Below, piece after piece: positions 11,801 through 24,689 of a stretch of 64,000 nucleotides of DNA. Each line of letters begins with the position of its first letter. Within the stretch, counting starts at the first letter, position 1. The notes under the pieces were generated by a model, which did not search any database, was not told where the DNA came from, and saw only the letters and a list, made by a program, of their open reading frames with translations. The stretch is from assembly GCA_964016885.1 (NCBI GenBank), contig OZ024755.1, positions 21,762,001-21,826,000 on the forward strand. The letters are read 5' to 3'. Origin of the DNA: Eledone cirrhosa (lineage: Eukaryota). Both the position numbers and the translations under genes were made by a program.

Positions 11801-14800
11801 CCTGTCCACATTTCCCCCAAGCTTCCTCCCCACCCCTAGTCCAAAGACAAAAAGTGCCCATGCCCCACTGTAAAGTGGTCGTGTTGGTGACATGACAAAG
11901 GTGGCCAGTCTACACTGTAAAGTGATTGTGAAGGTGTCACAACAAAAAGTGCCCAGTCCACATTGTAATGTAGTCATGTAAGTGACAAGACAAAAAGCAC
12001 CCAACACACACTGTAAATGTGGTTGGCGGTAGGAAGGGCAGCCAGCCGAAATCTGCCCGGGTGAGCTAAACATGATCCTCTGACCTGTTTTTTTCCGTAA
12101 GAGTCAATCTGTCCTACCTATGAATGATGGACGCTAATCGACAAGGTTGATGATATATTTATGTGTGTATATATATATATATATATATGAAGTGTGTATG
12201 TATATGTATGATATGTGTATGTATATTACATATATATGGTATATGTATATGCACGCAAATATATATCATCATCATTTTACGGCCGCTTTTCCCTGCTTGT
12301 GTATGTCATTATCATGATATGTGCATGTATGTATGTATATATATATATATATATTATGCTCGTACCACAAAACATCCAAACCACACTGTGAAGTGATCGT
12401 GTAGGTGTCACAACAAAAAAATACCCAGCCCACACTGTAAAGTGGACGTGTAAAAGACACAGCAAAAAGCACCCAGCACACACTGTCAATGTGGTTGGCG
12501 TTAGGAAGGGCATCCAGCTGTAGAAAACCAGCCAGAAACACTCCTATATGTGCAAGACACAGTCACCAGACCCAACTTGCCTCTAAATGAGACAAACCCG
12601 TCTAACCCATGCTAGCGTGGAAGATAGGCGTTAATCGATGATGATGATGATGATGACCCATCATATATGAAATAATTACCTTTGAGCTTCTGAAGGGAAT
12701 CCAAGTTTATAAGCAGCCACAATTGAAGCTCCACCTAAACCAATATTTTGCTGTAGGGCTAGTTTTGCATTTGGAACTTGACGTTTTTCAGCAATACCAC
12801 GTAGTTGCCAGCAGAGTTCACAACACTGAGCTAATCCTGTTGAAAGAAAACAGTTATAATAATAAAGAGTTATGAAAATATCTTTCTCAAGCAGAGTTCA
12901 CAACACTGAGCTACTGCTGTTGAATTAAAATAGTTCTAATCATCAACATCATCACCATTTAATGTTGATTTTTCCATGCTTGCAAGGATTAAACAAGTTA
13001 TCCCATTGTGAGACATGTTAGATCTGGTGGACATTTCTTGCTCACATAGAACTGTTTCTGGCTTGGTTTTAACACCTGGATGCTCTTCCTAACACCAATA
13101 ACAAATGCATATGAAAATATCTATTTCAGTTGAGTGCAGGATCATATGTAAATAGTATGTAAGGAAAGGGGACTTTAAACGATGACTATGATTATGATGA
13201 TGATATATTAGTATATAACATGTAATTGAAAATGTCCTAGATTCTATGATGAAAAACCATTTGATTTAAAGTATTTATGTTGAAATTTAAACCTCTCATA
13301 AGTTATGTTCTAAACACCCAACTTAACAACAAGAAAGTTTATTACATTACTAAATCCTTCCAGATTTTTTATTATTTAAAAAAAAAAAAAATTGAAAATG
13401 ACAGTATATTTCATAAGAATTATTGTAATGGAAGGCTTAATTATAGTGAAATCTTACCTGTAGCACCCAAAGGATGTCCTTTAGAAATCAAACCACCACT
13501 AGGATTTACCACAAATTTTCCTCCAAAAGTATTATCACCATTATCTATGAATTCACCAGCTTTGCCTAATAAATAAAAATAAAAGATTTAAAAGACTAAG
13601 TTACAACAATACAAATAATATAAATATTGATTGAGGGCATAAAATGGGATGAGACTGAAATTCAGGTCAGCTTTAGAAACATTGCTAATTAAGGTGTAAT
13701 TTGCTTAAATTTACATACTTGGTTAACATTTTGGCAAAGATAAAATTTTATTTGAACAGGTTGGTAATAATTGAAATTGTTGGTAACAAAAGGATTCTCT
13801 CTTTGAGCAAAGGGTTTATGGTATGTATAATGCCCGTGTATGAAGTGTGATGTTGGATAGTAGTAAGATGTGGGTGTTGAACAGAAGATATGTGAAAGTT
13901 AGAAATGAATTGAGCCTGCTCTGTTGAATGTGGAATGTTAGTGTTTGCAGAGCCCACTCTGGTGCAAACACTCAGATAAGGCAGTCTGCATGAAGATAAC
14001 ACATAAATCATGGTTTCTTCCCCTCTTTTATTCCACTAGACATAGCTGCTTTGTAAAAGGTCATGCTCACTAACTAGCCATCCTTTGCTGACAAAGCCAT
14101 TAAATAAAATAAAATAAAAATCAACAAGCATTTGTAGCTGTCAAATTTCCTCGGCAACACCAAAGCTGCGAACTATACAGATGAAATATTGTATCTTTCC
14201 TGATGACGTTACAAAATTTAGGTTACAACATGAATGTCAAAATTAATTTCCTACATGGTGATTACAACTATTTTCTTGAAAACATTAGATCTGTAGTGAA
14301 GTATAAGGAAAGAAATTCTTCCATCAAGGCATTAAAAGAAATCTTGTCAGGAAATATAGAAAATGAACGGGATATAATGTGATTACTGTTGATGTTTATT
14401 AACCCTTTAGCATTTAAACCGGCCAGAATTCTCTCACCTCTTTCTGTTCAGACTGGCCATAATTGGCTGTCCATACTTATGTTAAGGTATTGTTCTCAAA
14501 ATAAATAACACCAAAATCTCATAGATTCGTTATTATGTGAGATAAAACCTTTACCATGAAAATGTAATAGTAAATATAGAGTAATGTAAATGCTAAAGGT
14601 TTCTGATTTAGGCACAAGGCCAACAATTTGGGGGAGAAGGGGAAAGTTGATTATTTTATTGACCCCAGTGCGTTACTGATACTTTATTTTATCGACTCCA
14701 TAAGGATGAAAGGCAAAGCTAACCTTGGCAGGATTTGAATTCAGATTGTAACTACCGATACTGCCAATCCACCATCCTTTGAGATTTTTTACTGATAATA

Positions 14801-17800
14801 ATTTACAGGTAGAGCCACTATCTCTGTTACTATTGGCATGTGGTTAGAGTGTCTCAGGAAAGAATCGCTGGACAGATTTTACGGGTGAAACCAAGAGATA
14901 AGAGACCCATAGCAAGGTGGTTGGTTAACATCCATGAGCTTGGCTGGTCACAAGTCGGATCAGTTGGAGATAGTTGCTTCTGACAGGACCTGCTGGAAGG
15001 AATGTTTGAGGACCCTGCCCCCACAACCCTCTCAGGAATAAGTGGGCAAAGAAAAGAAGATAATTAACATAACCCAATGCATATCAGTTGATCAAGAGCC
15101 ACCTCATTGCTTATTATCTATTAAATATTTTATAATTATGTTTAGTGCATGAAGCAGTTACTTACAACACACCTACATGCTCGACCTAGTTGGAATTTGT
15201 ACTCGTCCTTTAGATTATTTATTGCATATCAGTTGATCAAGAGCCACCTCATTGCTTATTATCTATTAAATGCTTTATAATTATGTTTAGTGAATGAAGC
15301 AGTTACTTACAACACACCTACATGCTCGACCTAGTTGGAATTTGTACTCGTCCTTTAGAATATTTATTGCATATCAGTTGATCAAGAGCCACCTCATTGT
15401 TTATTATCTATTAAATGCTTTATAATTATGTTTAGTGAATGAAGCAGTTACAACAGACCCACATTCTTGACCTAGTTGGAATTTGTACTCGTCCTTTAGA
15501 TTATTTAGTCGTTCTGTTTTATGTAATCAACAGATGGGGTGAAGTTTTATTATATTCTAACAATAAAATAAAATTTACAAAACTACTATAATGCAGGTAC
15601 TCATTTTCAGCTGAGTATACTGGAGCAACATGAAATGAAGTGTTTTGCTCAAGAACAAACTAGTCCAGGAATCAAACCCATGACATTATGATCATGTCCA
15701 ACACCCTTTTCAGGCTGACCAATACGTTGGAAGTGGATTTGGTAGACGGAATCGTTGAGGAAGCCCATTGTACATTAAATATAATAGAAGAGAGATATTT
15801 CTAAAGAAAATTTAGTTTACGTGACCTGATGAATACTTCATAATTAGTTTGTCCTAGTTTTATAGTTGTAAAATCTAATTTACCTTAAATATCTTAATAT
15901 TGCTTTCAATTACCTAATATTTTGCATATTTAATTAATTATCATTAATGTTAGATTTAATTAAATAGAATCATGGAAGAAAATATATAAAAATATTATTG
16001 ATTATATATCATTATTGTCGTTTTTACTACCTCTTTTCCATGTCGGCAGGGATGTGGGAAACTGCTCTTCCAGGTGTGCGACATAAACATGTCACCGCTT
16101 GCTTTACACGGTGTTGATATAAACACACACATTGGGCTTCCTCATAGACTCCGTCTACCAAATTCACTTCCACCCAAAGCATTGGTCAGCCCGAAGCTAT
16201 AGAAGAAACTTGCCCAAGGCGCCATGCTGTGGGAACTTAAGACGAAACCACAAGATTGAGATGTGAAGTTTTTAACCAGTTTTACATAGGTTTTAATTCA
16301 GCGTTGTTTATATTTATTGATACATACTTTTTTGTTTTAATATTTTAAATAAAATCTAAACCTGCATAATTTACTATTTCCCTAGCTAAACACATTAATT
16401 GAGACAAGCAACGGTATATGGAGGGACTGTTTTGATAAAAGTGCAACCTGTATTCAGTCAGACACTTGTCCCGCTAGATATAATAGTCAAATATAACTTA
16501 AATATAATTCGAATGAAAAGATACATTAGATAATGTAGTTCTGGATAAATCTAAAAAAAAAAAAAAAGACAGGATGGTGACAGATGAAATGTCTTTGATC
16601 ATAGGTTTGTTCGATCACGATTGATTTAGAAATTAAACAATATAATGTTTGAAGTAAAATTAAACTTGTAGGTCAAATTTCCAGTCCCTAACCTATAATT
16701 ATATTTGAAATTAGGAGAGAAAAAAAATGTAAATTGCATTCAAATCTCTATTTGATATCGTAACGAAGGATTTAATAATCAAATTTATAAAAAACAAAAA
16801 CAATTCTAAGTTATCAAATACGATAGAAACATAGCACAGACGAAAACACTGATAAAGGAGGAACAAAGTTAATTGAATTGAACTCAATATATGACTGGTA
16901 TTTATTTTATGTCCCAACTTTTCAGATAACCGAAAGGGAAGGTCGATCCAAGCTAGATTTGAACTTAGAATGTAAAACAACAACATTAAATATTTATAAG
17001 GTACCTAAATAAATGCTCTACCATGTCCGATGTTCGTCTCTTATTGATATTCAAACATCGAGGTGTTTCCATTAATATCTGATAAATGCAATATTAAATA
17101 TCGTTTATACATGTTTAAATGGTATATATAGTTGTGTATAAGTGTATATGTCAGCACCTTACGGGGTCGATAAAATAAAGTACCAGTAATGCTTTAATTG
17201 CTGGCCTTGTGCCAAAAGTAGAAACAATTATTAACTATTTTTTCTGAAGACTGCCACCCAACTCCTGTTAACTTATACAAATATTAATCCTAAATTAATA
17301 TTATGTTACTCCCATTTTTCTACGACACAACATACCTCAGTCTGATTTAAAGAGTTCTTCAAAATACATAAACCATGTCCTTTATATATATATATATGTG
17401 TGTGTGTGAAATATAAAAACTATTTCCTCCAACTTTAGGACATATTTATTTGTGAAATAAAAAAATAAAAAAATCGAATCGAATCGATCATACAATTTAT
17501 AATATATGATAATCTATTTCTTAAAATTTTAAACTTTATATTTATTACATCTAACTAAAGATATTTCACAAAATTATACAAAACAAATATTTATGAAATT
17601 TAAAGGGAAAAATATAAAAAATAATGAAATAAAATATTATTAAGCAGATAATCTTACCAAGTAAATAAATAGTATGTTATTTGTTATTTTAGTTGAGTTA
17701 GTTGTTTCAGTTTATAATAAGTAGAAGTAAAAAAAAAAATGATTACTTGATAAACAGGAGCGAAAATAATAATAAATGTATATGTCACAGATGTTGCTAC

Positions 17801-18014
17801 TAAAACTGATTAAATGTGAACACAGGTCGAAGTAACAATGAGGTTCTTTTCTTCCTTTTCACATACATAAAGTGATATGGAAAAAAATGTAGCAGCAGTA
17901 GCAACTACAAACAGTTGTATATATATATATATATATTCATTTATGGATATAACTAAATAAAAAATACACACACATATATATATATATATAAATATATATA
18001 AATGAAAATAGAGA

Positions 18015-18049
<35 letters not shown>

Positions 18050-21000
18050 GATTTATGTCTGTTTTTTTTAGTGTTTTGACATTACACCGCAGGGACGGCG
18101 GTGACATTTGTTTATGTCCCACATCTCAGCTTAGTATGGAGGATATCTCAGTTTGATGTGGGACTCTAGCAGTTTGATATGAGAATATAGCAGTTTGTCG
18201 TGGGAATATCGCAGTTTGGTGTACGTAGACATGAGGAATCCAATTAAATACCATATTTGGAAAAGCTAGTAAAGTTTGGCGGCACTCAGCCGTAGAAATG
18301 TTAATTTTAATTTAATTTATTTAAACATTTTTTTTATAATGGTAAAACGTGAGATGATTTAATAGAAGAGTTTGTGATGGGTATTGGTTTTCTATGTTGG
18401 CGTTGTGTGTTTTGTGAGATATATAGCATGTGTCTCCGGTTTTATATAGGGGAAAATATAGAAGATATAGTGACGGAATAACTATAATAAAACACACGAA
18501 TCACTTGACAACGATTTGTTTGGAAAACGGTAATTTGATATATCTTCTACTGCCGTCTCTCTCACACACACACACACAGTGTTGACAAGTCGATCAGTAG
18601 TACAATAGCTATCTAGCTATGTATCTATTTATAAAAACAAATCACTTGTGCAATCAATTAATATGCTGCAAATGATTTTTTTTCCCTGAAAAGGGGATGG
18701 GTTGGGGGACCCTTACATTTTTCACCCCCACCCCAACCTTCGAGCTTTCTTTATCATTTTTTCCTCGTTTTTTTTTTCCTTTTTTCGTGTGCTTCCAATC
18801 TTCCCACCGAATTTGCCTCAGAGGACTTTTTTCCTCGTGTCACCTGTAGCAATATCGGGAAGGTGATGGCTTTGTCTAAAAAATTATTAGAGAGAAACAC
18901 CACCACACTTTGTTGCCTCTCATGATTACATGTGTATGTCTTCTAATTTTTCTTTTATTTCACTATGTACAAAAACAACGATGATTTATAATGTTTACCA
19001 TCATTAAAAAGTGTTTTGTCTTCTAAGTTAGCTAACACTATCCCTCTACTCAGGGCCAGATTTCCACCAGTTGAGACTCAAAGCTATATGAAATTTGAGG
19101 TCCTTCTCTAAAACAAATTTGCTAAAAAAATTTGTAAATAATTATACATGATTATTATTTATTAATGATTACAAAATTAATATATATTTAATTTTTGATT
19201 TAGTGTTAAAGAATAAAAACTAATGATAAAAATACATTTTTAAAAATGAGGCCCCCAAGGGTGTGTGGCTCTAAGCTATTGCTTATTTAGCTTATAATCC
19301 AACACTAGGTATATATGGTATGACTTCTACCTTCACTTATTGACAGAATAAAGCAAGTATGTGGTTCCTTACCAATTCCACAGAGACCTAAGGCTTCATA
19401 AGTGATTAGTTCATTGGCTGAGAAACAATCATGGAGCTCTATAACATCTACATCCTGAGGGTTAATACCTGGAGAATAATTAAAATATACCTGGTTAACA
19501 ATTAAAATATACCTGGCTAACAATTAAAATATACCTCGGTAACAATTAAAATATACCTGGTTAATAATTAAAATATACCTGGATAATAATTAAAATATAA
19601 ACTCAGAAAGAAAATGGATGGTCAGTATTAGTGTGGAACCATTGACATCCAGGTGGGCCAAGGGTCTGAAATATGATCCTGCACTCTACTGAGTGTATTT
19701 AATTGTCACACCAAAACTAAGGAAATTGTCACATCATTGACATGGCTGAAGTATCCTCCCGGCCCATTGTCAGGTTTTTTTTACAGTTGGAGGTCTTTCC
19801 TATCTCCAACCACCTTACAGAGTATGTTTATCATGTTAGTCACCAGCACTAGGGAGGTTGACATGTCCCTGACACAGCTATGGAATTCTGATTCTTTGTC
19901 AGGTTTTTTACAGCTGGAGGTCTTTCCTACCACTAACCACTTTACAGAGTGTATTTATCATGTAGGTCACCAACACAAGGGAAGTTGACATGTCAATAGC
20001 ACAAATGAAAAGTTGTTCTGACAGGTTTTCGATAGCTGGATGCCCTTACTATCACCAACCACTTTACAGAGTGTACTGGGTGCATCTAGCGTGGAAAATG
20101 GACATTAAACGAAGATGATGATGATGATGATCAGAGGTTCTCAAACTTTTTGGGCCACCGTCCCCTTCACGGCCAAGTAATACCCTCAGCACTCCCACCC
20201 CTATTTCCAGAGAGACCTGCCTATATGCAAATTGTAAATGATATATAATAAATAAAATAATATACTATGTATAAATAAATATTATATATTTTTTATTTTA
20301 CTGTATTCATATATACTATGTATAAATAAATATATATTTTTTATTTTACTGTATTCATATATAATATGTATCATTTGATATTTAATATACTATTATATCA
20401 GCTCTGCCCTGATCAACAAGATCCCAGACCTCATTTGGTTGCTGAGTGGGGTGGAACTTGTCCAATTGGATCAAGGAAACAACATTTCCATTGCTGATAC
20501 TATCTACCAGTCGCAACGCGTGGCAGAACAATGTGAAATAAAGTGTCTTGCCCAAGGATATAATGCATCACCAATCCATGACTCGAACTTGCAACCTCCC
20601 AATTGTGAACCCAATTCTCTAATCACTAAGCCTTCACCTAACAATGAAATACTATGTAATATTCACACACAAATAAAGAATGTATTACCATATATACTCA
20701 AATATAAGTTGAGGAATATCTGGACAAAAAAAAAATCAATGGTAAAACGGGGGGGGGGGGGGATGTCATCTTATATTCGCTACCTAAACAATGTGTTGAT
20801 TAGCTGTCTCAGCCTATAAACGGGATTTGGATTTTTACCTATTTCTCACACATAAGATAGCAGGGTTGGGGGTGGCTTATATTCGGATCAGCTTATATTC
20901 GAGTATATACAGTAATTTAAACGTAAGATGATGGAATGATTTAATTTTTGAGATTTAATTAAATAAACTGAAAGGATTATTTGAGAAAGTAGAACCACAA

Positions 21001-24000
21001 ACCTGCTTTCTGATAGACTTTTTCAGCTGCAGTTTTAGTTAATTGAAAACCAACCTAAAAAAAGGGGATGCGAGTACAAAAACGAAAGAATCAGAAAATT
21101 TAAACAAAAAATTACAGAAGACGTATAATAAAATAAAATAAAAATATTATTATAAAATTATTTGTTAATTACTGGTGTTACTGAATCCCCCTTTATCCCT
21201 TTTGATAGCAAACTGTCTAAAAATGTCCCTGGTTCTATATTACAAAATTCTTTATTCTAAAGTGCTTATATTTATTTAAAAACCTTGCATCATAAATTTA
21301 TGTAAGAACCTTTGTTAAGTTATGTTCCAAACACTCCTGGTTCTATATTACAAAATTCTTTATTCTAAAAGGCTTATATTTATTTAAAAACCTTCCATCA
21401 AAAATTTATATAAAAAAAAATTTGTTGTTTCAAACATTAGTCTAAAAATGAGAAAGTTATATTACTAAATCCCTCCAAATTCTTGATTATTTAAAAAAAT
21501 TATTTGAAAATCATAGACAATGTCTTTCATGAGAAATGTGGTAATAAAAGGGTTATTCCAACAAAAAAATTTAGAACCTAATGGAAACAAAAGCAGCGTT
21601 TTTGTTATTAAAGGACATCTAGAGTTCTATGGAATTGCCTGCAGAATCTAGGTCAGGATATTCAAAACGTGTCAATGGAGAGCAATAAGAACAGCAATGA
21701 AAGAAAATGTAAACTTTCATCCGAAAGTTCTGACTATCCGAAGTAAAAGAGATTTCAGTTGAAACTCTGAAGAACTGCAACAATATAAGAGTTTGTAGTA
21801 TTGTCATAACTTAATATACTGTCAAAGTTTGTAGTATTGCCATAACTTAATATACATTTGAAAATATGTCAAACAAGGTATAACTACTTCTATTAGACAG
21901 TATATCAGACCAGGTATTGATATCCAGTTGTGACTCAGAAGAACTGCAACAATATCAGAGTCAGCAGTACTGCCATAACTTAAAGACTTGATATACAGTC
22001 AAACAGAAGGTATAACTAATTCTATTGAACAGTATATAAGTCCAGGCATTGATATCCATACAGTTAGTTCCTTACACAGGCATCTATGGTCCAAGAGATC
22101 AGTTCTTAGTTCCAGTTTCTGTAATGTTAAGCTCATACAAGACACATCTTGTCTAGTGTAGTCTTTCAAACTAATGCTAGGAGTAAAAGTTGAATTCATT
22201 ACAGCAAACTATCAATTTTATATTACTGTTATTACTTAATAGTGAACTATATCACCCAGTAGGTATCTATTTATTACTAGGTGGACTGGACTTGGTCATG
22301 TTCTCTGTGCTCTGCAGATGACCAATTAGAATAGAAACAAGTGGTTTGGTTATGTAACTGTACAGATTGTTGGTAGATAATGAAATGAAAACTAGATGTA
22401 AAGCAAATAGCAAAGAACACAAACTCACACTAATAGTCCTGTATGTCTATCTAGAGATATAATGGTTTAATAAGTATATGTGTTTAATATAGATATGTAT
22501 GTGGGAGTATATATCAATATATATTAAAAGGACAGATGAACTCCTCAGAGTCAACTGCCATTGACCCCAAGTATGAGTTAAATAACCTCACCAACCTGCA
22601 ATTGGCCAAGCATGATGAGTACGACTACATTTCTGACATGACCAAAATCTAACAGATAATGGTGGAGATCAAGCAGGGAGGGGTTGCTCCAACAGAAGTG
22701 AGAAGGCCCTGGATTGGATTGGATATAAATACATAAGGTAGTTGATACAATAAAGGTATATGAAAGAATAATACTGGTTAAGTTATTGATGGGAAACATA
22801 ATTGTCCTAGTCTAGTCTATAGTATTTGATTAGAAAATGAATAAATAAAATTAAAACTCTTTGAAATATTACCAAATTTATGCTGTTTGTGTTAAATGTT
22901 GAAGAATGATCAGTGGCCATTTCTATGCCTAATATTTTTACAGCTTGTGACATTAAGTTATGTTTTCGTACAAACTTTTCACTAGCCAGTATAACTGCAG
23001 CACCTCCATCTGATGTTGGGCTAAAATAAGTAAATAAATAATTAAACAAGATTTTAGTGCAACATAATGTGTCTAGAATAATTTCGATCACACTCACCAA
23101 AATGTATGATATAAATCAGTTCTAACTTGTTAGCTAATGTGAATCCAAATTGGAATATAGAAAGACAGAAAAAAGAATTATTTTATTTTTAACGGAATTA
23201 GCAGAACTGTTTGATATCCCGAGACAACCAATTTGATTATCAAATTATGATTATTACATCACGCTCAGAGTTGCTGAAGCATGGAACAAACTGCCTGCGT
23301 CAATTGTTAGCTGCCGAGACACTGCATCCTTTAAGACACTCATGCTTCCCGAAATACGCCAAAACTACACCTGATGTACCCCTTCCATGCACATGCACAC
23401 ATGTGTGTATCATGACTCGTGCACTGTTCATTTTACTGATGTTTGTGCATTGCCCTATGTACTGTACATGCACTTTTTTGATGAGTTGTGGTGCACCTGG
23501 GCACTGTACACAATATTTCATTATTGTTATTGTTATTATATCATGACTCGTACACTGTTCATTTTCCTGACATTTGTACATTATTCTATGTACTATACAT
23601 GCACCTTTGATGAGTTGTAGTGCACCTGAGCACTGTACACAATAATTTCATTATTATTAGTATTATAAAAGAGAGATAAAATGGATCCTCATTGATTTTC
23701 ACAATATGTGTTCCAGTTGTTCAGTCAATAGAACAGTCTGCTCATGAAATTAATGTACAAGTGGCTGAACATTCCACAGACACATGTACCCATAACAGAA
23801 TTCCAAGAGAGATTACGTATGGCAGTGTGTGACAAGGCTGGCCCTTTGAATTACAGGTACAGTTGATCTGATAGGATTCCAAACAGTTTCTGTGTACCCA
23901 ATTCCACTCACATCGCTTGGAACGATCCATCATCATCATTATCATCATTTTATGTTCATTGTTTTAAGCTTGCATGGGTTGGACAGATCCTTCTCAGTAA

Positions 24001-24654
24001 AGCATCTATCCACTTATGTTCTTTTGTCATCTCCTCTGTGAGCTTTAGCAATCTGAGATCAGCTCTCACCACTTCTATCCAGGTCTTCCTCTACTGCAGC
24101 TTCTTTCCACTGGGATTATTTGGCATTTCTTCACCCAGCGATCACCATCCATGTAGCATCACATGTCCATACCAATGCAGTTTCTCTCTTGCACACTAAT
24201 TCTAATTCCTCTTATACACAATTTCTCGCTCAGTTCATCCATACTTTGTTGTTCTCACACATTAACATTACACATCTATTGAAGCAAGCTTGCCTCATTT
24301 CTGGAACTAGCTGTTTAAATGGCAAGAGCTCAGCCGTTGGGTCCCGACTCTTTATAATATAGCCACACTCTACTACCCCAAGTATCAAGTACTCTGTTCA
24401 GTAATGGTCTAACTAGTTTTAAATTGATTCTATCCCAATATATATAGATATATTTATTTATTATAAGAACAGATTAAAGTTTAAGCAAAGAATCGCTGCT
24501 TTCACCCTTAACGGGATCTTCTGAAACTGAAAAAAATTCAATCTGTGGATGCAGAAGTAAATATTTCAAAAAACGTTACAACCGAAGGAAAACAGGAAGA
24601 CGATACGTTGGTTCGTGAAGACGTTCTCTGGCGATGGACGAAAAAATGCGAGGA

Positions 24655-24689
<35 letters not shown>

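Noticed and set aside
13277-13576. 99-aa + strand ORF
   Set aside because: Antisense shadow of SCP2 exon 13 plus AT-rich intron.
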